A model generated the notes under the pieces. The model did not search any database. It was given only the letters and a program-made list of their open reading frames with translations, and had not been told where the DNA came from. 64,000 bases of DNA, from the NCBI RefSeq assembly GCF_000189555.1, contig NC_017276.1, one strand, 5' to 3'. Shown in pieces: positions 10,679-21,655 of this stretch (positions are counted from its first letter, which is position 1; the number at the start of each line of letters is the position of its first letter). Both the position numbers and the translations under genes were made by a program. The DNA comes from Saccharolobus islandicus REY15A (lineage in GTDB: Archaea > Thermoproteota > Thermoprotei_A > Sulfolobales > Sulfolobaceae).

Positions 10679-11443
10679 ATGGAAAATAAAAACATAGTGA
10701 AGCTTAGGGTATTATTAAAGGAATATCCTAATGATCCCTATTTAAATGTTGCAATGGACGAAGCACTTTTATTAAATAGTAAAGATGTTCCTACTTTAAG
10801 AATATGGAGAAATGATAAGAGCGTAATTTTAGGAATATTGTCAACTGTTAATGATGAGGTTAATTTAGAAATGATTAAGAAATATGGTGTAAAATTGGTT
10901 AGGAGGATTAGTGGGGGAGGGTCAGTCTTTCATGATATGGGGAACATAAACTATACTTTCATAACAAACGGTCAAGGTGGCATAGATTACCTTTACGGCT
11001 ATTTACTAAAAGGCACGATTAGTGCTATAGAGAGTTTAATAAATGATAGAGTTGAGGTTTATAACGAAACTGATATTGCGTTTAAGGGTTACAAGATTTC
11101 TGGTAATGCTGGATATATAAATGAAGATAGGTATCTTTTACATGGCACTCTTCTCGTTTCATCTAATTTAGATATATTGCATAAGGTATTAATCATACCT
11201 CCTAAAAATTACATAAAAAAAGACAATATTAACATGATAAAGTATAAAGTCAGCAATCTCCTAAACTTGATAAACGGCAATATAAGCTATGATGAAGTAG
11301 TTGAAGTTTTCATAAGAGGTTTTTCGTCACTCTTACATTGTGATGATTATTTTTTAGACGATATAAGTGATAGGGAATTGAAGCATGCAATGAGGCTGGC
11401 TAATGAAAAGTACTCCAAAAAAGAGTTCATTTATAAACGTTAA
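10679..11443 (+). CDS. Lipoate-protein ligase A catalytic domain
   Basis: NVAMDEA, RRISGGGSVFHD, KISGNA and LLHGT motifs; true start at 10679 or GTG 10697, not 10490. Confidence 0.85.
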   Translation: MENKNIVKLRVLLKEYPNDPYLNVAMDEALLLNSKDVPTLRIWRNDKSVILGILSTVNDEVNLEMIKKYGVKLVRRISGGGSVFHDMGNINYTFITNGQGGIDYLYGYLLKGTISAIESLINDRVEVYNETDIAFKGYKISGNAGYINEDRYLLHGTLLVSSNLDILHKVLIIPPKNYIKKDNINMIKYKVSNLLNLINGNISYDEVVEVFIRGFSSLLHCDDYFLDDISDRELKHAMRLANEKYSKKEFIYKR

Positions 11444-12033
11444 CATCTCAACTTCTTTGCAACTTCTGCAACTCTTTTACCTAGGAACTTCGCAATCTTA
11501 ATCTCATTTTCATCTAACTCCTTCTTATTTCCCAAGTGCGATGCCCCATATGGGCTTCCTCCAGTCGTAGTATTTGAGACTTCCTTTATTCCATATCCTA
11601 ATGGAACTATTATCATTCCATGATGATAAGCGTAGTTCGCCATTGCTAATATTGTACTCTCATGTCCTCCATGTATTGTTGATGCCTCTGTGAAGAATCC
11701 CACTGGTTTTCCGTACAATGCCCCTTTCGTCCACAATTCAGCAGTTTGGTCTAAAAATAATTTTAGTTGACCAGTCATATTTCCATATCTAGTTGGAGAT
11801 CCCATTACAATTCCATCAGACCATTCAAGATCTGATAGCGTAGCCTCCGGTATATCCTTAACAGTATCAATAGGGATTCTAAACTTCTTAACCATTTCCT
11901 CTGGAAGATATTCTTTTACTCTAGCCAATTTGACTTCTTTTGCTATTTCCTTAGCTCCTTCTGCTACATTTTTAGCTAAATCCACTATCGAACCATATCC
12001 ATAGAATAGGACAAGGATTTTAGGGCATTCCAT
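11440..12033 (-). CDS. wrbA: NAD(P)H:quinone oxidoreductase WrbA
   Basis: GSPTRYGNM, HGGHEST and GGSPYGASH motifs. Confidence 0.92.
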   Translation of the reverse strand: MECPKILVLFYGYGSIVDLAKNVAEGAKEIAKEVKLARVKEYLPEEMVKKFRIPIDTVKDIPEATLSDLEWSDGIVMGSPTRYGNMTGQLKLFLDQTAELWTKGALYGKPVGFFTEASTIHGGHESTILAMANYAYHHGMIIVPLGYGIKEVSNTTTGGSPYGASHLGNKKELDENEIKIAKFLGKRVAEVAKKLRC

Positions 12034-12116
12034 AAGGTAAGAGTTTCATGACAACTAAAAAAGTCAACTAAGCTAGCGATAAAAAATATCGATTTAAGTA
12101 AAATTAGTCAAAAAAG

Positions 12117-12425
12117 TTATTTAGAAACCTTTTGCCCTTTAATCTCCAAAACTCCTCCTATTATGCTCAGAATTGAAAGTATACACGGTGCAAAGAGGCC
12201 CAGTATACCTCCACTAACCATATACTTCCAGTTGTTCTTATATACACCATATAATGTTGTTAAAGAACCGATTAGCCCTATTATTCCTAAACCTATTACT
12301 GCATCTCCAGTGATGAGTAATATTTTTATAAGATGATCAATTAGTGGTTCTCTTGTAGTTATACTCACCAAACTAGCTATTAGAACAATAATACCACCTA
12401 TACCACTTAGTGTTCTTCCAATCAT
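12117..12425 (-). CDS. Small membrane protein
   Basis: 102 aa with 3 hydrophobic segments. Confidence 0.7.
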   Translation of the reverse strand: MIGRTLSGIGGIIVLIASLVSITTREPLIDHLIKILLITGDAVIGLGIIGLIGSLTTLYGVYKNNWKYMVSGGILGLFAPCILSILSIIGGVLEIKGQKVSK

Positions 12426-12864
12426 TTTTTATCACCTATATTTCTATAACACCGTTAATAGCTTAAAATTTTTCTCCGCTTTCCTACATAATAACAGATC
12501 TTGTTCACAGAGTACTGAATATTAAAAATACTATTATCGATTTTTAAAATATAAAGTTTGCTCCAAAGAATGAGGAAACTAAATTGTCAGGCTTATTTAC
12601 CGTCTAATCAAATTCCAGATAATTTAACATTAGGATTATAAAACCATATAACATTAACATTTATCTACATAACATTTATATACGCTCACTTATTTCCTTT
12701 TCATTTATTGGATTAGATGAATAAATCTAAAAGAGTTAAAAAAGAATAACCATTTAAAATTATGTAAATTCTATCCCTGTTATATCTTATTGTTCTACAA
12801 AAGTATATACTTTAACATACTTTACTTATAGCTAACTTTATCCATAATTATAGTTGGTGATAAA

Positions 12865-13471
12865 ATGGCTTTATTCATAGATCCGTTAACAAGTCAACTT
12901 ATAGCCATGGCAGTTAGCTTCTTCGTATTAGCCTATTCCTTAATTAAGACCTTTAGAGTTCACAGTACAGTAGTCGACTATAGGAATGCTATGAAGAGTA
13001 CTTACGTACCACTTCTCGCCTTAGGAGGCTTTATGGCAATTACGGGAATTTACGGATTACTTGTATGGCCATTGATAAGTAGTTATAATATATTATTTTA
13101 TGACTTATATCCAATTTTGGGAATTGGATTAATCAGCATTGTAGTGAGTATAAAGAACGATTATAAGCTTGAGATTTTAGGTTTTATGGGATTATTATAT
13201 GGATTAGTTACTATATATTATGTAATAGCTGGTTATTTGCATAGTATGACCCTAGAACCACTCGCGCTATTAGCACTTTACGCTTTAACAAGATGTCTGC
13301 AGTATCTTTTACCTAATTGCCGTATTTCTCGATAACGCTAAGGTAAGCAAAGTATTCTTAATAATTGATGCGATACTATTGATCCTTGCAGCACTTATTG
13401 CAGGGTACATAGGTTTAGAGGTAGTACCTAGTCACCTTGTGGGATTTGACAAATGGACTCCATTTTTATAA
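12865..13471 (+). pseudogene. DUF981-like membrane protein, frameshifted near 13290
   Basis: The shifted frame continues SIFYLIAVFLDNAKVSKVFLIIDAILLILAALIAGYIGLEVVPSHLVGFDKWTPFL to a stop at 13471. Confidence 0.8.
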
Positions 13472-13508
13472 ATAGATCTCTTCTTTTTGAAATTAATGAT
13501 TTCTTATT

Positions 13509-14588
13509 CTATATTTTTATATCTTTAAAGAAATTATAGAAGAGAATTGTTGCCACTAGATATAGTGTTGCCGTTATTAAGAAGGGTATATTTAAGTTTC
13601 CAATATAAAATAAGTAACCTGTTAGATTAGGTCCTAAAGATCGCGGGATAGCATCAAGAACTTGGAGTAGACTATTTACCCTACTCCTTTCTTCTTCTTT
13701 TACAATTTTGAATACTAGACTATTCATTAACGGGCCAGTTGAATTCATTAATGCATTTCTCATTATATAAATTACGCCAGCAATTAGTATGGAGCTTGAA
13801 AAAGGCATTATAAATAAAAGGACTATTGCAGCTAAATGCGTTATTACTATTGCCCTAATTCGCCCTAGCGTTGAGGCTAAAATTGGTGATAATAAGGTAC
13901 TTAGCGCTAAAGTTATCTCGGATATGGCGTATATTGGAGAAAGTGAGGAAGCTGTAGCGTGAAACCTTAAGTTGAACCATAGAGATAACATTGGTAATAG
14001 AACACCAGCACCTAATCCTATAATCGCCTCAGTTGAAAGCTTTCCTAAAATCTTAAAGGAAGAGATCTTAAGTGTCACTCTACTTGTTCCCTTATAATTT
14101 TCCTTAACTGGAATTAGTAGTAATAAGGATAGGAATGTTACGATACCGTCAACTATTATAATGCCTTTAAAGTTTAGTGCTGTTGGCAGTAAGGAACCAA
14201 TAACTGAAAATAAAATGTTCAAGGATGACCTATAAGCCATTGCCTTATCTAAATCTCCACTTTTCTCAGCTATTATTGAAGCTATTAGACCAAAGCCTTG
14301 GTTTGCAAAAAGATATGCATAGGGGGTTATTAGGAGTAGGAGAAAGGAGAGTCCTCCAATACCTCTAGATATGTATACGAACTTCTTTCTCCCATAAGCG
14401 TCTCCCAATACTGACCAGAGTAAAGATAATAATGTATTAACTATTATAGCGCTACCCAATATTCCTCCTATTGTTAAAGGATTTAGACCTAGTGATTTCA
14501 GATATAACGCCATTATTACAGTATCTGCTCCCCAAGTTATTCCCTCTACGGAAGAAGCTAATACTAATAAAAAATCCTCTCTTTTCAC
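13509..14588 (-). CDS. MFS transporter
   Basis: GDAYGRKK loop motif; 10-12 TM segments. Confidence 0.88.
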   Translation of the reverse strand: MKREDFLLVLASSVEGITWGADTVIMALYLKSLGLNPLTIGGILGSAIIVNTLLSLLWSVLGDAYGRKKFVYISRGIGGLSFLLLLITPYAYLFANQGFGLIASIIAEKSGDLDKAMAYRSSLNILFSVIGSLLPTALNFKGIIIVDGIVTFLSLLLLIPVKENYKGTSRVTLKISSFKILGKLSTEAIIGLGAGVLLPMLSLWFNLRFHATASSLSPIYAISEITLALSTLLSPILASTLGRIRAIVITHLAAIVLLFIMPFSSSILIAGVIYIMRNALMNSTGPLMNSLVFKIVKEEERSRVNSLLQVLDAIPRSLGPNLTGYLFYIGNLNIPFLITATLYLVATILFYNFFKDIKI

Positions 14589-14732
14589 ACTATACGATAA
14601 ACACTTATGTTCTTAAAAAGTTGTTAGAAATATAGGTACCATCATGTATTGAAACAAAACATACTAAAGAATGGCTCATTAGTTAAGAGATTAGCTGTAA
14701 TATTTAAATAGCGATGTGTAAAGTATAAACAT

Positions 14733-15755
14733 ATGCAAACTGAAAGAGTAGTAATATTAGGAGGAGGATTTGCTGGAATTGCAGCTAAGTTGGTATATCC
14801 TAATGCAATACTCGTTGACGAAAAGGATTTCATGGTGGTTACTCCAAGGTTAGTAGAGATAATAGAGAAAAACCTCCCTTTATCTCACGCTTTAATTCCT
14901 AGGAAAGTTGACGTTAAGGCTAAGGTTTTAAAGATTGACTTTAAGGAGAAGAAAGTAATAACGAGTGATGGTGAAATTAGGTTCGATAAGCTAATAATTG
15001 CGTTGGGTTATGAGCAAGATTTAAGTAAGATAAAGGGAGCTGAAAAGTACGGTATAGGATTTACCTTGGAAAATGTAGAAAAGATCAAGTCATTTAAAGA
15101 AGGTTCGATAGTTACGATTCTTGGAGGAGGAGCACTTGGCGTTGAGTTAGCTGGAGCGTTAAGGAAGAGGGGCTATACTGTAAATTTGGTTGAGGCAGAA
15201 AATAGATTAGTACCCTATCTGATACCAGATTTCTCTAATGAGGTTCAAAAGGTTTTGGAAAGGCAAGGCGTTAACGTAATTTTAAGGGCTAAGGTAGAGG
15301 AAGTAAAGGAAAATGAGGTAATTACCACGCAAGGAAGAATAAGGAGTGATTATATAATATTCTCTGCGGGTTTTTCTGGCCCCAAAATAATAAATGAAAT
15401 CGGATTATCAAATAGGAACAATAGGATGTTAGTTTACAGATTCCTCAGATCAGTAGATTATGATTTCGTTTATGGCGCTGGTGATTGCGCTAACTTTAAG
15501 GATGGGTTCATACCACAATCAGCACAAGTTTCCTTACAGGCTGGTGAGGTTGCTATGAATAATGCAATAAAAGATGAGAAAGTCGAGTTTAAACCAGTAC
15601 AGAAGGCTATAGTATTTAAGATTGGTGAAGATTATATTGGTTTGCTAAAGCACACCGTAATAAGTGGCCCCATAGCGTCACTCATTAAATCCTTTGCTAT
15701 CAGTTCTTTAGAAGGTAAGGTTAAGAAACTGAATAGATTTATTCTAGCTATGTGA
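14733..15755 (+). CDS. FAD-dependent pyridine nucleotide-disulfide oxidoreductase (NDH-2-like)
   Basis: GGGFAG and GGGALG Rossmann motifs; YGAGD. Confidence 0.85.
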   Translation: MQTERVVILGGGFAGIAAKLVYPNAILVDEKDFMVVTPRLVEIIEKNLPLSHALIPRKVDVKAKVLKIDFKEKKVITSDGEIRFDKLIIALGYEQDLSKIKGAEKYGIGFTLENVEKIKSFKEGSIVTILGGGALGVELAGALRKRGYTVNLVEAENRLVPYLIPDFSNEVQKVLERQGVNVILRAKVEEVKENEVITTQGRIRSDYIIFSAGFSGPKIINEIGLSNRNNRMLVYRFLRSVDYDFVYGAGDCANFKDGFIPQSAQVSLQAGEVAMNNAIKDEKVEFKPVQKAIVFKIGEDYIGLLKHTVISGPIASLIKSFAISSLEGKVKKLNRFILAM

Positions 15756-15900
15756 ACTGACTTATCCTTTAACCTATCCTAGTTTTCTATTTTAACGTGA
15801 TCTTGGAGCATTAAGTTTTCTAAATAAAAAAAAATTGGGAATTGTACACAGTTAAATATCATTTAAGAATTGAGGTATAATTGAAGGAGAATTGATGAAA

Positions 15901-17154
15901 CTACTCCTTCTCTATATTGCCCTTTGTCTCATGCGAGATAATACTTACCGAGCTTATTAATGCACCAAGAATAAGCATAGTTATCATTTCCACAAGTGGG
16001 AATAACGTTATTGAGGTAAAATAAAGGATGGCTGTGAGAAGTAACGGGATGAAATTTCCAACTAGGAATCCTATATTCCAGCTTAAAGATACCCCAGTGC
16101 TTCTGATATTAGTTGGGAAGTTCTCATTTACGTAGCTCATTATTCCACCACCTCCAAATACAGATACGAAAGCCAAGATTGAAACAAAAATGGGAATTAA
16201 CGATCTTGAAGATATGGACATTAATATGAAAACTGGTGAAAGCAAAATTCCCAAAATCCCACCTATCATTGATATCTTTTTTCTGCCAATTCTTTCGCTC
16301 AATTCACCTCCCATAAATGCTGAAATGATAGCTATTACACTATATATCAAGGATATATATCCTATTTCAACCTTTGACAAGTGATCGACGGCATAAAGAA
16401 AGTTAGGTAACATGACGTTAACTAATGCATTCATCGAAGCCCAAAAGGCCGTTAATGTTGATGCCAATATAAATTGCCTCTTGTATGACGAGATTAACAC
16501 CTTAGCGGGTGATTTAACTCTCTCCTTATTTCTCCTAAACCTTAAGGACTCAGGCATTAAGAGTCCAAAGGGTAATATAAGAAGAGAGGTCAAGAACATT
16601 ATTCTCCATCCTATTTCAGTATAGTTAGAACGACCTATTACGGTAATTATCATGAAAAACACTATTGATGCTAGTAGGTACGCTGAACCGCCAACAGCAA
16701 ATCCAGATCCTCCAAACCAACCTCTATGTCTTTCTGGCAAATCCTCAACACCTACTACAGTAATTCCAGCGGATAATCCTCCCGTAAAGAAACCTTGTAT
16801 CATATATAATAGCACTAACAAAGAGGGTGAGGGATCCGGAATTAGCGCTACTACAACTAAAGGCAAAGCTGAACCTAAACTGGATATTCTGGTAACAAAT
16901 TTCCTACCATACCTATCGCTTATTGGTCCCAATACGTAAGCTCCAGGGACTCTCATTATTACGTCAATCAATAGTAAGCCATAAACACCTAATAGTGAGG
17001 GTACGTATGAACCTTTAAATAACGTTTGAGAGATATATGGTGAGTTAAATACTAACAATATTGAATAATTATATACCAGAAATGTATAACTCATGAAATT
17101 TAGGAATATTAACTTAATTTCCCTGCTTGATAGTGAGCTCATCTCGTTTAACAT
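15901..17154 (-). CDS. MFS transporter
   Basis: SDRYGRK and SERIGRKK motifs; ENFPTNIRSTG. Confidence 0.9.
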   Translation of the reverse strand: MLNEMSSLSSREIKLIFLNFMSYTFLVYNYSILLVFNSPYISQTLFKGSYVPSLLGVYGLLLIDVIMRVPGAYVLGPISDRYGRKFVTRISSLGSALPLVVVALIPDPSPSLLVLLYMIQGFFTGGLSAGITVVGVEDLPERHRGWFGGSGFAVGGSAYLLASIVFFMIITVIGRSNYTEIGWRIMFLTSLLILPFGLLMPESLRFRRNKERVKSPAKVLISSYKRQFILASTLTAFWASMNALVNVMLPNFLYAVDHLSKVEIGYISLIYSVIAIISAFMGGELSERIGRKKISMIGGILGILLSPVFILMSISSRSLIPIFVSILAFVSVFGGGGIMSYVNENFPTNIRSTGVSLSWNIGFLVGNFIPLLLTAILYFTSITLFPLVEMITMLILGALISSVSIISHETKGNIEKE

Positions 17155-17219
17155 TTAACGTTTAACTAAAAAAATAATATCGGTCTTCCCTCAGATAATA
17201 TAATCTCTTAAAAACTCTC

Positions 17220-18008
17220 GTGTACTCATCATTTGAAATACTGTATTTAGCAATTGTAATAGACTCCCTCTCTTACACCATAGGTACACTACTTTACGGC
17301 TCACCAATTCCAGTGAGAGGATTAAAAGAGATGGGTCATAAAATGATCGTTAACTCGATTTACGTAGCAGTATTAGCTAACATCTTTGGCCTCCTCCTTT
17401 CCATACTATCCCAATTGCAAAAAATATTAGGAGTAAATTGGAGTATCTTTTACTTAGACATAGGTCTTCTTCAAATCCAAACAAGTGTAGCCATCAATAT
17501 AGGGAAATTCTTATACGGTATTATAGTACTAATATTCTATTACTTTAAGGTACCTAGCCAGTTCTACTCCTTAGTAACGCCACTTTTACAATATATTTCA
17601 TTCCTAACAGACATACTCATTCTATTAAACTTCTACATGGACTTGGGTCTTTTCATTCAATCATCATATATGGTACTAATCGCAATTGGAATACTATTGA
17701 TGGCTCTCCCATTTCAGATGGGTAAAGGAATTGGAGCCATGTTAATAGCTTTTACGATAGTGTTTTACGTGGGGCTCCCCCTTTTACCAATACTGATATC
17801 CAATAGTTCCCCTCTCCAAAACCAAAACTTTGTCTTACAAGACATTGCATTACAAACTGAGGAGTTCTATGCCCAAATTCCAGCTCTATTTTACTCCTTC
17901 ATCCTAATTCCATTAACGTATATGGGAGTATTGGTGGGATTTTCCTTCATTTTGCAGAGTTTTATAGGAGGTTATATTGGGAAATTACCAATTCCGGTTG
18001 AAATTTAA
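17220..18008 (+). CDS. CedA-like membrane protein (crenarchaeal DNA-exchange system homologue)
   Basis: Recognised segments LLYGSPIP and LMALPFQMGKGIGAMLIAFTIVFYVGLPLLP; about 260 aa, polytopic; not confirmed by search. Confidence 0.7.
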   Translation: MYSSFEILYLAIVIDSLSYTIGTLLYGSPIPVRGLKEMGHKMIVNSIYVAVLANIFGLLLSILSQLQKILGVNWSIFYLDIGLLQIQTSVAINIGKFLYGIIVLIFYYFKVPSQFYSLVTPLLQYISFLTDILILLNFYMDLGLFIQSSYMVLIAIGILLMALPFQMGKGIGAMLIAFTIVFYVGLPLLPILISNSSPLQNQNFVLQDIALQTEEFYAQIPALFYSFILIPLTYMGVLVGFSFILQSFIGGYIGKLPIPVEI

Positions 18009-18952
18009 TGGAAAATCTATATAAACAAGTTAATTACCTTTTATTTGTATGTTATTGCAAACAAAAGATGAAGAAGAGAAATTGATCCTCTCAACAGTTG
18101 ACCAATTGATGAAAAAATACGATGAGAAATATTGGTTGGATAAAGATCAAAAGAGGGAATTTCCAATAGATTTCCTCAATGACTTCATAAAATTAGGATT
18201 AGGGTCAATTTTAATGCCAGAAGAATATGGCGGGATAGGGAAAGGAGTTAAACTAGCTTGTCTAATCCTCTATACTCTCAATCTAAGGGGTGGTAATTCG
18301 TATTTTGTACATGGACACTACTACAACACTGCGCTACTATCAAAACACGCTGGTAAAAGAGTAAGAGATAAATACTTCAAGGATATTACAAATGGCGCTA
18401 AAGTATTATCATTAGCCCTAACTGAACCAGAAGTGGGGTCAGATACAACAAAGATTAAGACAGTTGCAGATAAAGTTGGAAATAATTTCGTTATAAAGGG
18501 TCACAAGATATTCATTTCTAGGGTAAAACACACTGACTTTATGATATTGGTAGCTAGGACAACACCTTATGACAAGGTTGAAAAGAAGACCGATGGCATA
18601 ACCTTGTTTTTAGTTGATCTAAGAGAGGCAAGGGAAGGAATTGAGATGAGGGAAATAAAGACCATGTCAAATACTAATGCTTACGAAATGTTTATAGACG
18701 GTCTTAAAGTGCCAGAGAATAACGTTATAGGAGAAGTTGGAAGGGGATTCTATTACTTGCTTGACCTATTAAATGCTGAGAGATTTATGATAGCTGCAGA
18801 AATGATAGGTAACGCAGAGTGGTTCATAAATAAGGCTGTGGAATACGCTAATAATAGAGTAGTTTTTGATAAGCAAATAGGTAGCTTCCAAGGTGTACAA
18901 TTTCCAATAGCTAAAGTGTATGCTCAATTAGTATCCCTCTCCTCTTACTTTA

Positions 18953-20173
18953 CGGTAGACCCAAAATCATATTAGAAAAAATATTTCTGGTAGGATAATA
19001 TCGAATTTATAAAAGATAAAGAAATTTATAAGAGTATAAAGAATTCAATTGAAGAAAGGATTTAAGGTGAGGGAGATGGCGTATTACCATGTGAATAACC
19101 AAGATGGTAACACCAAGTCTCCCTCACCAAAATAATATTCAACAAATAGGATATAAATTACTTTCCATGCTAAACTTCCAAGGGGAAAAGGTAGAGGAGG
19201 TAGCGAAAACTCTCATCTCCGCGTGTTTGTGGAACGATTCAGTAGAGAACAAGTCCAGAGCGTATGACGTATCCCCACAGACCGTGAGGAATTACGTAGA
19301 GAAACAAGGGATGGAAGTGACTGAAAAGCTATTGGAAAGAGCTAGGAAAATATCCTTGGAGATATTAAAGGGAGTGAATGAGATAGATCTTTCAATAGAC
19401 TGGACAACCAAGATATGGTACGGGAAACCAGTGAAAGGGCTCGGGAGCTCTGAAAAAGGAAACTCGTGGAACTACGCAACTGCAACAACCAAGTATAAGG
19501 GGAAAGTGCTTTTACTTGCCTTTATTCCGCAAGTGAACGGTATGACTAAGGACGAGATAGTGAAGGCTCTTGTTGAACAAGTAATGGCAATGGGATTCAA
19601 GATAAGGTTGATAACTCTTGACGCTGGTTTCTATACTGTTGACGTGCTCAACTTCATTTCACAGTTTAAATACATAATTGCTGTTCCGGTTGGGGACGTG
19701 AAGGTGTACGAGGAGTTTGACGGGGATTACACAACTAATAGTAAGAGGCATAGGAGGGATGAGCAGGTCAAGTTCAGGCTTCTCGTGTACAGCAAGGAAA
19801 AAGTGGGGAGAAAGAAGAAGAGTCTTGTTTACTTCGCTAGGGCTACTAACCTAGACCTATCCAAGAGGGAAGTGTTGGATTTGTACAATAAGGTAAGAGG
19901 TCCCATAGAGACCTCTTATAGGAACATTAAGGCTTTTCTTCCATTTACTAGTTCTACTAAGTTTGTTTTCCGCACGTTGATCTTCGTGCTGGCCCTTGTA
20001 CTCTACTCCTTATATACCATATTCAAGGGGGAGGTGGGGAGAGAGGAGTTTAGATTATTATTAATTCTTTTATTTCCTGATTTATTCAATCCAGAGAATT
20101 TTACATTTAATATAGTTGAAACGCTTATTTATACTATAGATTTATTTTTAAGGAGGTGATTTTGGGTCTACCG
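18953..20173 (+). mobile_element. ISH3-family IS, copy 2 (1221 bp, intact)
   Basis: 17-bp terminal inverted repeats CGGTAGACCCAAAATCA; target duplication TTTA at 18949-18952 and 20174-20177. Confidence 0.95.
19104..20159 (+). CDS. ISH3-family DDE transposase
   Basis: 351 aa; SIDWT, TLDAGF and RGPIETSYR motifs. Confidence 0.92.
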   Translation: MVTPSLPHQNNIQQIGYKLLSMLNFQGEKVEEVAKTLISACLWNDSVENKSRAYDVSPQTVRNYVEKQGMEVTEKLLERARKISLEILKGVNEIDLSIDWTTKIWYGKPVKGLGSSEKGNSWNYATATTKYKGKVLLLAFIPQVNGMTKDEIVKALVEQVMAMGFKIRLITLDAGFYTVDVLNFISQFKYIIAVPVGDVKVYEEFDGDYTTNSKRHRRDEQVKFRLLVYSKEKVGRKKKSLVYFARATNLDLSKREVLDLYNKVRGPIETSYRNIKAFLPFTSSTKFVFRTLIFVLALVLYSLYTIFKGEVGREEFRLLLILLFPDLFNPENFTFNIVETLIYTIDLFLRR

Positions 20174-20429
20174 TTTAGTGAAGGTTTGAGAGCACTAGAA
20201 GAAGGGAAGGATACAAAAACCATCGGAAATTACGCAAACGTATCAAAATATCTGGCAGCTGAAATAGCTTGGGAGGCTGGAAATGTGGCAATGGACGTTT
20301 ATGGAGGTTACGGATATGCTGTAGAAACTGGAATAGAAAGGAAACTTAGAGAGACTAGATTATATAAGGTAGCCCCAATATCACAAAATTTAGTATTATC
20401 ATACATTTCTCATCATATATTGGGTCTTC

Positions 20430-21554
20430 CTAAATCATATTAGTATTTATTATTCCTTTTTCAGCAAGCTTTTTTATATTCTCTTCCGAATATCCTAACT
20501 CAAGTAAAACTTCTTTAGTATTCTCACCGAGTTTAGGTGCTTTACTCTTATTTGACGTTACGTTTATGGGGAAATTGATGTACTTAACACCCTCATTCTC
20601 GTAAACTAACCTATTACCATATTTTTTAAATGCCTCTTCAAGGTTTAATATTGGAGCAATTGGTACATCAGCTTTACTTAATAAATTTACCCAGTAGTCC
20701 CTAGTGTTTTTCTCAAAAATTCTGCTTAACTCGTTTATTATATAATTTCTATTCTCAACCCTCTTTTGGAGAGTATCGAACTTAGCTAAATCCTCCCTAT
20801 TTATTGCCTTACAGAGCCTCAAATATTGCTCATCATTAAATATCGCAGCGTATATGTAACCATCCGCAGTCTTAAATGCTTGATAAGGTACTAAATATCT
20901 ATGTGCAGAGCCCATTCTCCTTGGAACTTTCCCAGTGTTTAAATACATGTAAGCGTCTTCTAGGGTCAAATAAAATTGAGTATAGATCATTGGAACATCA
21001 ATAAAAGATGGACCTCCCCTATTTAAGGCCCATAATATCATTATACTAGCGAGTAGTCCAGTAGTGATATCTGAAATTGAGGTAGCAAACTTTACCGGAT
21101 TTTCCTCACCAGTCATGTCCATTAATCCACTTAAGGCAAGAATTATAGTGTCATAAGCTGGTCTATCAGCTTCTTCAGTGAAATTACCGAAACCGGTTAT
21201 TGAACAGTAAATTATTTTAGGATTAATCTTTTTAACACTCTCGTAATCAACCTTGAGCCTCTTTAATGCAGAGGGTCTATAGTTAGTAACTATAACGTTA
21301 GCAGTTTTAACTAGCCTTTGGAAGATCTCATAGCCCTCATCACTTTTCAGATTAATTACTACGCTCTTCTTACCCCTATTCGTACTAGCAAAGTAAATAC
21401 TAATCCCATTAATTTCAGGCTTAACCCTTCTCCTATCGTCACCGTGAGGAGGTGGCTCAACCTTAATTACTTCCATACCTAAATCAGCTAAGATTTCTCC
21501 AACTAGCGGTGCGGATATGTTACTCCCTAGTTCGATAACCCTAATTTTCTCCAT
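20430..21554 (-). CDS. CoA-transferase family III (CaiB/BaiF)
   Basis: VIKVEPP.GDD.R, NRGKKS, NYRP and APKLGENT motifs. Confidence 0.92.
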   Translation of the reverse strand: MEKIRVIELGSNISAPLVGEILADLGMEVIKVEPPPHGDDRRRVKPEINGISIYFASTNRGKKSVVINLKSDEGYEIFQRLVKTANVIVTNYRPSALKRLKVDYESVKKINPKIIYCSITGFGNFTEEADRPAYDTIILALSGLMDMTGEENPVKFATSISDITTGLLASIMILWALNRGGPSFIDVPMIYTQFYLTLEDAYMYLNTGKVPRRMGSAHRYLVPYQAFKTADGYIYAAIFNDEQYLRLCKAINREDLAKFDTLQKRVENRNYIINELSRIFEKNTRDYWVNLLSKADVPIAPILNLEEAFKKYGNRLVYENEGVKYINFPINVTSNKSKAPKLGENTKEVLLELGYSEENIKKLAEKGIINTNMI

Positions 21555-21655
21555 ATCTTACGTTAAAAAGTAGAAGATAAATAAGATTATTTGCATAAAA
21601 TTTCGAACATCTCCCCTTTGCAAAATTTATTAGTTTATTTAATTTATAAACACAT

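Larger units (their letters stand above)
18049..20443 (+). pseudogene. Acyl-CoA dehydrogenase split by ISH3 copy 2
   Basis: LALTEPEVGSD, FDKQIGSFQGVQF and GGYGY motifs; removing the IS and one TTTA restores YFSEGLR in frame (about 389 aa). Confidence 0.93.

Noticed and set aside
12620-12820. Repeated TAACATT words and a 14-bp palindrome (12800-12813) in an AT-rich gap
   Set aside because: Irregular spacing and nearly pure A/T content; compatible with chance
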